NCBI RefSeq assembly: GCF_006345805.1 | Contig: NC_042999.1 | Coordinates: 87,358,001 to 87,422,000, forward strand | DNA length: 64,000 bases | From: Octopus sinensis | Lineage: Eukaryota | Reading direction: 5' to 3' | Part shown: piece by piece, positions 1 through 12,689 of the stretch | Layout: each line of letters starts with the position of its first letter | How positions within the stretch are numbered: the stretch's first letter is position 1 | Translations under genes and position numbers: made by a program | The notes under the pieces: model-generated | Seen by the model: only the letters and a program-made list of their open reading frames with translations | Database searches by the model: none | What the model was told of the DNA's origin: nothing

Positions 1-1039
1 CCAATTAGTCCAAGTGTTTTAACAAATTGACTGCATTTAGTGGTTATAAATAGCCATAAGCAATGTATCTCTATGTGAACGGACGAGGTGGATAAGTAGC
101 TTCAAGATGAACCCAATTTGATTCGAAGTCAAATAAATCACTCTCCCCACATCGCCACTTTGTTTCCGCCTGCAGAAAAGTTAAGAGCAGTTTATATTAC
201 ATAATTATCCATTAATGCTATTTAATGCTCTTCTTTTCTCCCTTCTCTCTCGCACACACAGAAAGTGCACTGATGTTTGCGAACACTTTAGTGCAAGCAT
301 AGGCAATAGTTTTCGAGAAGCAGGCTGCATAGACCTTGGTTCATCATCAGGAGTGCCGCACTACTAAAAGATTTCAAGGTAATTTTTCCTTACACGCGCC
401 ATTCAGAAAGTCTCGCTGGTCGCATTTCCCTTTCACTGCTTTAGCGCGCCATAAAGACGACCTAACGTAATATTAGGCAGCATATGCCAAATTTTAACTT
501 CTACATTGCCCTTTTAGAAGTATCAACAGCATCAACAGCCGTTCAAGAATTTGGATCTAGAGATCTCCATTTCCAGTGACTTCGAGGGCGACCTCCCAGT
601 GGTGTCGGGCGTCAACAAAGAGCCCTCGACTACAACAAGACGACCAAAGTTTTTTTTCTAAGGTCTGTGGTCTCCCGCCCCTAAGATCTAGACCATCACC
701 TAATTACCCTTACCCATCTTGTTGCTTAACAACAACAACAAAAACAACAACAGCATCAACAGAACATATTCCAATTTGACACAGAACATGACAAAGTGTG
801 CCTTACTCGTACTTGTAGCTGTCAACAATAGCGAATCGGAGATCAGTAGCATCTTGAAAGTGGTTGAATCCTTAGTAATCAGAGTTGGGAAGGATTAGAG
901 GTCTCTTAAAAAGATATGTGTCATCTGTGGACAAGAGAAAGAAACTATTCTTTACAGTTGAATGTCATCCGGATGGTCGGGTTCGTTCAACAGGTCCGAC
1001 GCTCAAATCAAGAGCCCCAGAGAATCCACGAGGACTACA

Positions 1040-1064
1040 TACGTACGTCCGTATGCATGCGTGC

Positions 1065-1097
<33 letters not shown>

Positions 1098-1203
1098 TGT
1101 ATGTATGTATGCATGTATGTATGTATGTATGTATGTATGCATGTATGTATGTATGTATGTATGTATGTATGCATGCATGCATGCATGTATATATGTATGT
1201 ATG
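1040..1203. repeat. (TATG)n microsatellite flanking the retrotransposon 3' end
   Basis: Direct reading of the sequence. Confidence 0.95.
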
Positions 1204-3050
1204 ATGTCTTGCAAACAACTTGTACATGCAAGTGCTACCAGTTAAAAGCTCCGTATACCGGAAGCTAGCAAGTGTATGGAATCATCAGGAGAGAATGCGC
1301 GCCGTTTCGGGGCCTACCTCTCGACGGCATCAATGCGCACCGGCCCCCCTCACTGATATGAGGCCCCGCTTGCTAGATCAGCTGGTTATGAAGAACTCAA
1401 TATACTTTTAGCCATCGCTCATCGTCTCTTTTTAACCAAATCCAGTCGCTAGCCTTCTCCACGGTAGATTGGATATCAGTCATGGTGGTATTGAATTTAC
1501 GATGAGTTAGGCCTAGCGATAACAACAGTCGTCTCACGCTGTGTCCAACAAACCCTCTACATCCGACTTCGATAGGAAAATGTTCCGCTTTCCAGCCTGC
1601 GTCTTCACATTCCTCGAGGAGGTTTTCATAACGGTTCAATTTTCGAGCCCGAGCGGCGTCCATATTATCTTCATGAGGAACCTTAGCTCGACTATATTTA
1701 CAACTTTCTTTCTTTCACACCACATCAAAATATCTGGTTTTTTCGAAACTGGGATGGGAAAGAAAACCTGGCACCCAGGCAAATCTGCAGTTACCTCTCA
1801 ATTGCCGTTCCACTTTTCATTTTTCTCAGGAAGTTTCTTGATTTTCTTCTTGAAACGGATCCGCTGACCTAGTCGCACGAAGGTAATGAAATCTCTTGAT
1901 GGTACTTTTAACGGTTTTTCCTCAGTGTTGCTGAGATGAATTTGGTTCTTTATAACAGTGAAGATAACCTTAAGGACCAAGTTGTGCCTCCATGTGTACC
2001 TGTTCAATGCCAATGAACAGTTGGAAAGAATATGTTTTAGTGTACCGACCTTTACACATTTGCAGATGTCATTCTCTAAGACGTTCCATCTTACTAGATT
2101 CGTAGGTGATGGCAAAACATCATAAGATGAACGAATCAGGAAACTCAGCCGAGATGTCGTCCACTTCCACATCTCATCCCAACTTATCTTCCTCTCAACA
2201 ACATGTTCTTCCCATCTCGTCATCTGACCTTGATGAACACATCGGATCAAATGAAGCTCTCTTCTCTCTGCTTCTCTTGTTTTGACGCTGTTGTTAACAA
2301 CAGATCTGCGTTCACTCGGCATCATGCTTGCAAACTGTCTGAACTGATCTGCGCCAAAACCAAGTCCTTTCCTATGGTTCTGCATTGCTCCCACCATATC
2401 TCTGTGTATAAGAAAAGACAAGATATCGTCAGTTTCTGCTTCTGCTTTCCACTTCCCAGCTGTTTTCACCTCTGGTGGGTTACGCCTGATTTCCATATCC
2501 TTCGATTCTCTCAGCATCATGACCGTCCGTATCTTCCCCAACTTATATATTTTGACTATTGATGCTATTGGTAGCTGCAACGAACCTCTTTTACGATAAA
2601 GAGCTGAGCTGTTCAACATACGAGGTAGGCCTAGCCACTTTCTAATGAACACATTACATTTTTGTTCAATCCTTTCAACTCGTGACAATGCTACTTCGTA
2701 TATTAAAAGTGGCCACGCAAGTCGCGGGTACAAGCCGAACTGCAAGCACCAAATTTTATATTTACCTGATAACTTCGAATTATCAATCGCTGATAACCCA
2801 GCCTCAGCCTGTTTCATAATTTCAATCCCACGACTTCTGTCTGACAATGTTCCATGAAGGCTTTCTTAGGCGATTGTACATGGGCGATTTGTTCCGAAAA
2901 ATCCACACCTTTCAAAATCAACTCCATGACTAAGATAAACCACGTGACAGATATTGTACAGCCAGCAGCAATGCCAACCTCCAATCGGTGCCAATTTGTT
3001 GTAAAATTTCCAGTTGTAAACCTCATTTCGAAACTGTCATAGTACATCCT
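1204..3050 (-). mobile_element. 5'-truncated, inactivated non-LTR retrotransposon with restriction-like endonuclease (HERO-clade-like)
   Basis: Minus-strand ORF pieces encode RT (GIAAGCTISVTWF...KKAFM, then an internal deletion), thumb/linker (KIWCLQFGLYPRLAWPL; SFLIRSSYDVLPSP), a CCHC-like knuckle (CKC..GTLKHILSNC..RYTWRHN) and RLE (KPDI...EL[T]VPHE...RKLNRY...PIEVGCRGF). There is a W->stop at 1798 and a 1-nt frameshift near 1685. A ~190-bp 3' UTR ends in a CATA array. Confidence 0.9.
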
Positions 3051-3057
3051 CATTATT

Positions 3058-3489
3058 TTGTATGTATGTATGTATGTATGTATGTATGTATGTATGTATG
3101 TATGTATGTATGTATGTATGTATGTATGTATGTATGTATGTATGTATGTATATATGTATGTATGTATGTACGTACGTACGTATGTATGTATGTATGTATG
3201 TATGTATGTATGTATGTATGTATGTATGTATGTATGTATGCATGTATGCATGTATGTATGTATGAATGTATGTATGTATGCATGTATGTATGTATGTATG
3301 AATGTATGTATGTATGCATGCATGTATGTATGTATGTATGTATGTACACATACGTATATGTACATATATTCATATGAACATATGTATATATATACATAAT
3401 ACACACATGCATATATGTATGTGCATACGTATATGTATACATATATGCATGTATGCATATATGTATGCATGTATATGTATATATATATG

Positions 3490-3580
<91 letters not shown>

Positions 3581-3590
3581 GTTTATATTA
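3058..3590. repeat. (TATG)n grading into (TA)n microsatellite flanking the retrotransposon 5' end
   Basis: Direct reading; source of the spurious MYVC/HTYI ORFs. Confidence 0.95.
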
Positions 3591-3600
3591 ATTTAAAATG

Positions 3601-3963
3601 AAGAGAAGAAAATGGAGATTAGGAAGTTAATAATTGTTTATTATTAACAGCAAATTGGCCATCTGCACTAACAGCCGTTTCAATTAATACTCAATAAACA
3701 TTAAATTTACACTTATGTGACATGAGTACAATATCATTAGAGGAACATGATGTACATTTGGATGTTATATGTGTGCTTATGAATTCATTTTAGCAGACAG
3801 CTAAGCTGAATTCACAAACAGGCATATAACATTCAAATGTACATCTTTTTTTCATCTGATGATATTGTACTCATGTCACATAAATGTAAATTTAATGCTT
3901 ATTGAGTATTTGCTGTTAATAATAAACAATTATTAACTTCCTAATATTCATTTTCTTTTATTC
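3601..3963. repeat. ~360-bp foldback (long inverted repeat), MITE-like or inverted Penelope-type terminal repeat
   Basis: Left arm ttaggaagttaataattgtttattattaacagcaaat (3619-3655) is the reverse complement of 3908-3944. Inner arms (...cttatgtgacatgagtacaatatca / tgatattgtactcatgtcacataa...) also pair, around a ~20-nt loop. Confidence 0.85.
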
Positions 3964-4247
3964 TATTAGATGAATATATAATATATATTTTATATATACC
4001 TATTATTTTAAGGAAATTAATTCCCCCAAAATAGTAGGTATTGAACCAGTATTTCCTTGGATAAAACCATCACTTCATGAGGTTTACAATCCTCTAATTA
4101 AATTAACACACACACACACACTCATATATATATATATATATATATACTTAATCATATATATATATATATATACAACAATGTATATATATGTGACAATGAT
4201 AAAGATGTTATAGCGAAAGTTCGGATAAATTTTTACTGCCCCTCGTG

Positions 4248-4316
<69 letters not shown>

Positions 4317-4380
4317 TATATATATATGTACATACATATGTATACACACACACACACACATATATACGCACACTATTCTT

Positions 4381-4494
4381 CACTCTGACGAAGCTCCATG
4401 TTTCAGATCGGATTTATTACCAAATATGATAAATATTTTTAGCATATCAGTGACAATACCATCCAGCATTGGCAGCAGAAACAGCTGTTAGATG
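4381..4494 (+). ncRNA. Degenerate type I hammerhead ribozyme-like motif (Penelope-type terminal repeat)
   Basis: CTGACGA ... GAAA CAGCTG TT AG with palindromic stem III. Stems I and II pair imperfectly. Confidence 0.45.
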
Positions 4495-5351
4495 GGATGC
4501 AGTCTATTTGTATTGAATTAATAAATAATAATTGATGTAAGTCAGTTGTTCATCAATATTTCTCCATTTTCTGTCTTCTTTTTATATATACAGCATATTT
4601 ATACATATATATATATATGAATATCCATGTGTATATTCATTCATATGAATACACACACCCATACATACATACACATACACACACATATATATACACACAT
4701 AAACATACTATTCTATTAATGGAATATTGATGACCTCTGTTGTTTTCCTATACTAAATAAAACATTTCAAGAACTTCATAATTGCTAATCGAACGACATC
4801 ATTTCCAATCGAGGATACCCACCGAAGCTAATCCTAAATCTAAACTAACTTTCACAAGAACAGACGGCAATCACATTACGAAAGACTATGCTGTGATCCA
4901 TGAAATTTGTTGCCTGACTATTGTGTAATAGGGGTGTGTAAAAGTTGCTTGCCACTCGAGTTTAAAAGAAAAATGGAGAATGTATTGTGGGATCGTAAAA
5001 TTTATCGTACGTTTTCTATAAATTTTATGGCACGTTTTATTTGAATGTCTCGAAACGTTTGAGAGAAAGAAGATCTGAGGCATAAATAAAACAGACCATT
5101 ATGCATCAACACACCTACTCACTAACCGCTTCTTATCCATACCTTTTGACTAAGCACTAGACGACTGTCGTTTCTCAGCCGCTCAAACTTGCTGAACACT
5201 AATCTTTGACAGCACCGGTGAACCCGAACAAATCGTTCAAATATCACCTCTCTCGTTCAATAAAGTAAAACTGCTTGAAGAGATTGATTTTTAAATACCA
5301 ATGTTTACTTCATTCAATTCAAATATATTCATTTCGTCTAACATAAGATCA

Positions 5352-5590
5352 CATTCTGTTGTGTCTGGAGAGAGTCATTTTCTTTTTGTGCCTTATTATG
5401 TAACACACTCACCGGTAAAATTTCCACTTATTTCTTATTTTTAATTTCATAAAATTTTCGTTGCGTCTTGTAACCTTTTCAATAGTCTTGACTCAAGTCA
5501 AGTAAATAAGTGGAAATTTTACCGGTGAGTAAATTGTGCTATTATAAGACACAAAAAGAAAATAACTCGCCCCAGACACAACGGAATATG
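5352..5590. repeat. Inverted repeat with ~85-bp arms (MITE-like)
   Basis: ctcaccggtaaaatttccacttattt pairs with aaataagtggaaattttaccggtgag; ttctgttgtgtctgg pairs with ccagacacaacggaa. Confidence 0.75.
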
Positions 5591-6533
5591 CTTCAATACA
5601 CGAACTCATACAAAGAATCTTGCAAACCAAATCCAAAAACGAAATATAAGATCACATGGTTTTGAAATATAAGCGAAGTGAAGTAGCTGCAACCACGATT
5701 TGAAAGCGGTTCCAAAACTAACTTTACCCAGTGTTTAACTCTTTCGTTACAACGCCCATATCATAACTTGATATAACTTTTATTTAATTTTGTAGTGATT
5801 TGATAGGTTTAATGAAAGGAATTTCTTGAACTTGAGTTTTATCAGTCTTGATAATTTTGTGGTTCATGGGTGAATGTGGAGGTGTGGCTCAAAAAATTCC
5901 CAAATGTTATCTTTTGAAAGCAAACCAAGAAATTATTTAATGCTTTTGGTGGATATGTTGCAGAAGTACAAATACATTGCTATGAATACTTGTTAAATCA
6001 GGTTAAATCAGTGTTAGCAAATTAACATTAAAAAAAAGTAACAACAAAAAACCCCCTCAGTTTTTAATATAGGAAAGAAAAAAACAAAAACTTTATTGGA
6101 ATCTTCAAGAAATACAAATCAAATCCCTTTTCAAAGCTTACAATATTTTTAAATTGTAAGAACGCCAGAACTTGTCATCATGGCAACATAATGTTTTGTC
6201 AGTTGAGAATAGAAGACATCTGGATTCGGCAAAGAAATTTGTACTTCTAAACCTGCTTTCTCTAAAATATCTCATGAGAGTTGTTTTCGCAATCCCTCCA
6301 TTTTAACTCGCTGAAAATTTTCAATTTCAAATACCGCTTTATGGAACAGATGGTGCTCGTGGAAAAAATAAGTGGAACTATTGTGAAAATATGATACAGA
6401 TGTAAAAATGCAGTTTTGTCAGATCTACTTATTAATTCTCAGATATGTTTAGACACGGCTGTCATATATATAGACACATCTTCGTTTTCATACACTTGTA
6501 AACACGCACACAAGCCGTCGCACACGCACATAG

Positions 6534-6606
<73 letters not shown>

Positions 6607-6623
6607 TAATAATAATAATAATG

Positions 6624-6692
<69 letters not shown>

Positions 6693-8431
6693 TAAATGCA
6701 TACGTGCACACATACATGCATGTAAACGTACATACCTATTTACGCACAGCCACACCCACACACACAAACACACATTGAGAAATATACTTGTAATAGAAAC
6801 TCATTTAGAATCCAGAATCTATTGATATTTCTAAAAGTTTTCACATAACAGAATATGACAATTTTGATATCTTTATAAGCTCGACATACACTTTGTGGTG
6901 GGTGGACAGGTGGATGGTGGGGTACCACCCCATCAATCAATCTACTGAACTACTAGTTCCTGAATCAGCGTAACACAGTGTATGACAAAGCTGTACTTTT
7001 GAATTACGGGTAGAACGCATCCAACAGGCTTTTGTGCAGTTTTTGATTATACTGTTTCACTCACACGATGAGGGTCGGTCCGAGGTTACAGAAAACGACA
7101 TTTGTGCAAGATGTCACGCAACGGGATCGAACCCATTTAGCCATAACACACCTAGATATATGTTCTGTATTCATTATATTAATCATGAATAAAACCTCCT
7201 TACCATTTGAAGGCAATATTTTTGTGTTTTAACACTCGGGGAAGTAACTCTCAGTGAGTCATTGTGATAGCGTTTGACGTTTCACCGCTAATATGACAAA
7301 TCAACGTTATTTCTTCTTTAAGTTTTAAGTTTGAAAGCTGAGTCAACGGAGAGTAGTTACAACTAGATGAAATCTTCAGGCGGTTTAAATGCACAAATCT
7401 CCGATATCCAAGTGACTAAAAAGTGACAGCAGAAAGGCACCCAAGTACTGTGACCTGGATACGGCCCGGCCCCATTAGGGTGTAAGAAGTTAAGAGCTGA
7501 AACACTTGTCTGAGCGGGGTTTCTTTTCTGAAAACCTTCTGCTGTTTTGCTTCTTTGTGAGTTTCTTACCACATAATATATATAGTCTACAGCTAAAGTA
7601 TACCAATAGAACACCATTCTATATGTGCAGAATATAATTCTACATTGGGAAGCGCAGTGTTTGATATGTCGAGTAGTTTTACTTTCTAAATTAACTTTCG
7701 CCAGTAATTTCTTAATTAGTTAATATGAAATGTGATCATGACTGGGCAAACTTAAAATTTATCCATTAGCCACGATGATGATTGCTAAATGACGGGATCG
7801 ATCCGGTTTCTGAGCAACACAGATTAAATGAAAAATGTAACATACAAGTGCCTTATCGATGTAAGAAAGTGACAATAACTTTTCCTTCTCTTGCAAATAT
7901 CGATACAAAGAACAGAAAAATTAGAAAAAAGGTTATAAATGGTGACTATAAAAAGTGCTGGAATTGGCAAAGATGTAAATCAAAGCAAATATGGTTAAAT
8001 CAGAGCTAAGAGGTCTTATTTTTTTTTATTTAGTTGTTGTTACTGTAAGGAATGACCTGTTAGGGCTCATAAAATAGATGTTGCTTTCAAGAGGAGAGTG
8101 TGACGAATAAAATACTTATGCAATAGAATGTTATGACTGAAGTTTATATTGTACATTTAATTATATCAATTAGACATAACAAAGCAATGTTAATGGTTAA
8201 TTACATAATATATTGAGTAGTAATCAATTATAGGCTCCAGCCTTTAGATTACGTATGCTGGAAAAAATGCCTGAGATATCAATAAAAATTTATCAATGAG
8301 TTGAGTAAGACAACTTTTGGGAAAAGAAAAGTGATAAAAAGGTTAGAAAAATTAAATATCTGAAAGAGGAAATAATTAACAGTAAATGTAATTCCGTCTT
8401 CATACTATTATTTCATGTTACCATTCTACAG

Positions 8432-8809
8432 AATAGAAGTGGCGGGCAAGAGCGACGGCGTTCTCGGGGAAACTGGGCGTCAACGAGAATCAGCAGGCAA
8501 GTCTGTTCTGGAAGATTAACTCCTCGGAGACTATGGACAATTTTCAGTAATCTTGACCTGGAGGCGCTACCGGGGATGGGCATTGTTGGTTCAAGGCAAA
8601 CTCTACAGTCACAGAAGTGCTGTCAGCTGAACTTGCACGAGATCTTTTTACTGAACGGCGCCGAAACCGTTCTGCTCGTACTAGTTAAGTACTCGAGTAT
8701 AGTTGACTTGTGGAGTTTTATCAAACAGTTGAAGTTATATATAAGACGGACCCAACTATCGGCTGACATCGTCACGAAGATTGCATCCTCATTTAGCTGG
8801 AAAATGCAG
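8432..8809 (+). other. CpG/GC-rich segment with a 126-codon open frame between possible splice sites (candidate exon of an unknown transcript, or decayed TE)
   Basis: Acceptor-like ccattctacag|, donor-like cag|gtaatt, 378 bp, phase-0 frame open throughout. The peptide is not recognisable. Confidence 0.25.
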
Positions 8810-9322
8810 GTAATTTCATTCTCTCTAATAGCTGTACCAAAGAGACTGTAAATTAAACAAGGCAAAAAAGACTGAAAACAGACAGTTTCTTCTCCGGTCA
8901 TGCCCTCATCAACTTATTCAGATTTCAGTTGGAGAGTGAGAAAGATTTGTTGAAAGATAGGTAAAAGTAGTGAATATAACCCGAATGATTGGTCTACTCT
9001 CAGCATGTGCCTGTAGAGAATGAGAGCTGAAAGAGGACACTTGCTCTTAGCGGTCAGTGTAACCCTGGTTCTATCTGTGGAATTCCTCGACTGACACTAG
9101 ATGGCTGTCTCTCTTATTGGAGACATCTCGTTGCGTTTATTTTATTGTGATCTATTGCTGCTAATGTTACTATCTATTACCATTATACGTAACACTCTCA
9201 CCACTGCGTTATACTTTGTTTTTCTTTTCTTTCGTCCCCAAAATCTTTGGGCCTTTGACGCTAATAAAGAAAAGATTATTATTATTACTGTTGTTGTTGT
9301 TATTGTTATTATTATTATTATT

Positions 9323-9880
9323 GAGTGAGAGAGCTGTGCATGCCATCAAAGTGACACTGGGGTAAAATATACGAAACCCAGTATACCCATCATCACTACC
9401 TGTCTGATAAGGGTACACCCAGTCACATGCATCACAACCATATGTGCGCGACATGGTGATCTCATATCAAGATAAACAGCGCATGACCTTGCAGGTGGGG
9501 GCCCAGTTAGAATTTTCTTCTGTTCGAGTAGCCCATTCCACTCAAAAGGTCTATGAATAAGGATTGTTTAAGAATGTTGAACGAAACACCCATGTTTCTA
9601 AAGGTGAATTATCCAAACCTCTAAGAATTGCTTTCAACACACGGCTATGATGCCCCCCCAAAACTTCTGCTCATGATCAGAGATGCACATATCGTCGGCC
9701 ACTAAGGGACATAGTCAACTGTTTAAGGTCAAACAACTGACAAGCAAACCTGTGGTATTGAGCAGAATATTTGCTGTAGCCCATCTTTTATACCAAGACA
9801 AAACAATGTACAGGATAACACTTCCAATCAGTTAAGATCAGAAGCCATGAGAGCCACTGTCTGGTACTGCATCACGGCAT
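9323..9880 (-). mobile_element. ~560-bp non-coding interspersed element embedded in (AAT)n, copy 1
   Basis: Reverse complement of 38433-38962, with the same ends (ATGCCsTGATGCAGTACC ... GCTCTCTCACT). ATT arrays on both sides. Confidence 0.8.
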
Positions 9881-9907
9881 GATTATTGATATTATTACTA
9901 TTTTTAA

Positions 9908-9966
<59 letters not shown>

Positions 9967-10485
9967 TATTATTATATTATTATGGTTATTATTATTATCT
10001 TCAACTATAACACAAGAATTTCTAGCTATTTGGATCCCATCCCAAAAGCTAACTTGTGAATATATTTGGGGGGAAAAAAGCTGCCCTCTATATACAAATA
10101 TACGATGTATTTGTTGACTGGCTTCGAATTAAATAGATGAGTTGAATAGAAAGAATGGCATAACATGAAATATGTGATATAAGTGAAATATGTGATATAA
10201 AAATATACAACAGATGTTGTCACTAGTGAGATTTCAATGCATAGCTAAAATAATCAAGATGCATGTTGTATTTTTTGATTTAATGTAAACTATTAATCTC
10301 CATTATTTCTAACATAAAATCTACAACCGTGTTGTTTTCACCAAATCTTATTGGAGCATCTTTTATATTTCTCCTCACTTTTGGTTATCTAATACCAATC
10401 TCATCATTTCCACAACATCTATTGTTTAATAATCAATACGCCCTAATCATTCCGCCTGTAGCAACTCTATATTCTACTTCCATAA

Positions 10486-10628
10486 TTAGCTGTCGTTTTT
10501 GCAGTTTGCCATGCGCTTTTCATGATTCTTCACAAAGTTTTCAAATTGATGCCTCCAGTCAACAATATATTTCTGGCTATATTCAGCAAACTGCATTTTC
10601 CATTGTTTTTCAGCTTCACTTATGTCCA
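10486..10628 (-). CDS. ACHE: Acetylcholinesterase terminal T (WAT) exon: (L)DISEAEKQWKMQFAEYSQKYIVDWRHQFENFVKNHEKRMANCKNDS*
   Basis: Strong acceptor cattttctttcttccttcacag|TG, phase 1, matching the donor at 46773. Seven aromatic residues are spaced like the vertebrate T peptide ([31 protein letters not shown]...C), followed by a C-terminal Cys. Stop TAA at 10488-10486. Not in the ORF track. Confidence 0.93.
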
Positions 10629-10877
10629 CTGTGAAGGAAGAAAGAAAATGAGAAAATTTATTACAGAAATGTAATATTGTTTAAAAAAAAAACGGGAATA
10701 TTTCAGAGGTATATTTGAAGAATAAAGTTAAAGCGAGTGTTTAAAGTAAAAAAAAAATTTGCAGGTAAGAATTTATACGACTAATGGTAGTGAGAAAATT
10801 AACAAATTTTTCTGTAATGATAAAAAAGTATATGCTGACTGAATTTGTTCATAGTGTAATCGTGCAATGGAATATAT

Positions 10878-10984
<107 letters not shown>

Positions 10985-11111
10985 TTGGAAGATGGATTGT
11001 TATGGCCAGTCAGAGAGTGACCGTTGGTTTCGCACCTATAAGCGCTTAGGTACATATATTACTGCTCTAATGTTTTAGAGTATGCTTCTTTTTCGGATAT
11101 ACTGACAATGT

Positions 11112-11143
<32 letters not shown>

Positions 11144-11234
11144 CACACGCACATATACACACACACACACGCACCACACACACACACATATAAATAAATA
11201 TATATATATTATATAAATATAAATATATGTATTA

Positions 11235-11265
<31 letters not shown>

Positions 11266-11269
11266 AACA

Positions 11270-12341
11270 CAGGGGTTGGACAAAATAATGGAAACACCTA
11301 TCATATATTTGAATTGTCTATAAAACCGTCAAAAACTTGTTTATTTTTATGTTTTCTGATTTATTATTAGTGTTGCTTAATATGTTTTTCTAAAATTGCT
11401 ATTTCTTTTCAGATATCATCAGAAAAAGGTAATTAAAATTCATTCAAATGACAGGTCTATCGGATTTTCAAAGAGGTCAAATTGTTGGTGCTCGTATGGC
11501 AGGCGCTATTGTAATGAAAACGGCCGAAATGTTTGGTGTATCACAAAATTCTGTCTCGAAAGTAATGACAGCCTTTGAGAAAGAACAGAAAACTTCCTCA
11601 TTGAAATAAAACTCTGGAAGAAAACCACTACTTTTAAAACAAACGTTTCAAAACGTTTAGAGTGGAGTAAAAACCTACAGTATTGGTCCCTAGAGCAGTG
11701 GAAGAATGTTATTTTTTCGGACGAGTCATCCTTTACTTTATTTCTGATCACCAGCCGAGTATACGTGTGGACACAGCCAAAAGAAGCATTTGACCCAGAC
11801 TGCCTTCTTCCAACTGTTAAACATGGAGGAGGATCTGTGATGATCTGGGCGGGGGGGGGGGTCTATATCTTAGAAGTCTCCTGGCCCAACGGTTTCCCTT
11901 CATAGCAGAATTTAATAGTCAAGACTATCTAAGCATTTTATCTTATCAAATTCATCCTATGGTTGCAGAACTGTTTCCGGAGGGAAACGCAATCTTTCAG
12001 AATGATAATGCACCAATTCACACAGCTAAAGTTTTTACTGAATGGCATGAGAAACATTCTAGTGAAGTTGAACATCTTATCTGGCCACCACAGTCCCCAG
12101 ATCTCAATATTACTGAACATTTATGGTGCATTTTAGAAAAACAAGTAAAGAGTCGATATCCTCCACCATCATCACTACAAGAACTGGAGACTGTTTTTAC
12201 TGAAGAATGGACAAAAATTCCTTTGGAAACAATTCAAACTTTTTACGAGCCCATACTTCATAGAATTCAAGCTGTAATTACTACCCCATATTAAAAAAAT
12301 TGTTTGAAATATTAAGGTGTTTCCGTTATTTTATTCAACCC

Positions 12342-12344
<3 letters not shown>
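11270..12344 (+). mobile_element. Tc1/mariner DNA transposon, DD36E (Incomer-like), degenerate
   Basis: ~30-bp TIRs (CAGGGGTTGGACAAAATAATGGAAACACCT / AGGTGTTTCCGTTATTTTATTCAACCCCTG) within TA arrays. Transposase motifs FSDES, QNDNAPIH and WPPQSPDLNITEHLW, with 36 residues between the second D and E. Stops, frameshifts and a deletion are present. Confidence 0.9.
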
Positions 12345-12402
<58 letters not shown>

Positions 12403-12606
12403 TGAGTAGTTGAATGAATTATCTATTATGGATAATTCGAATTAACCGATACCTGGGTAGCAAATTCACATCAGAAAAAACACGGTTGAAGTTACGTGCC
12501 TAGGGCATAGATTACGTGCTTTCGTGTGGAAATTTGTATGTATATTTTAAAAATATAAATATATGAAAGAATGGAGTTAAAACGACGAATTAACAAAATT
12601 CCTTTA

Positions 12607-12689
12607 TTTTCGACATATGTTTCGAAGGCTGCATATTCCTAATTGCGAAGGAATGAGGAGTACATTATGCCGCTTTCTCATCAGGAAAA
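12607..12689 (-). ncRNA. Type I hammerhead ribozyme motif in a Penelope-like terminal repeat (sense to the AChE intron)
   Basis: TTTTC-CTGATGA-GAAAGC...GCCTTC-GAAA-CATATG-TC-GAAAA. Stem I is 5 bp, stem II is extended, stem III is palindromic, and the site is GUC. Confidence 0.8.

Noticed and set aside
1280-1345. GAAAC and CTGATGA motifs in the HERO 3' UTR suggesting a hammerhead
   Set aside because: The order and flanking helices do not fit type I, II or III topology, and no stem III or UH site could be formed.
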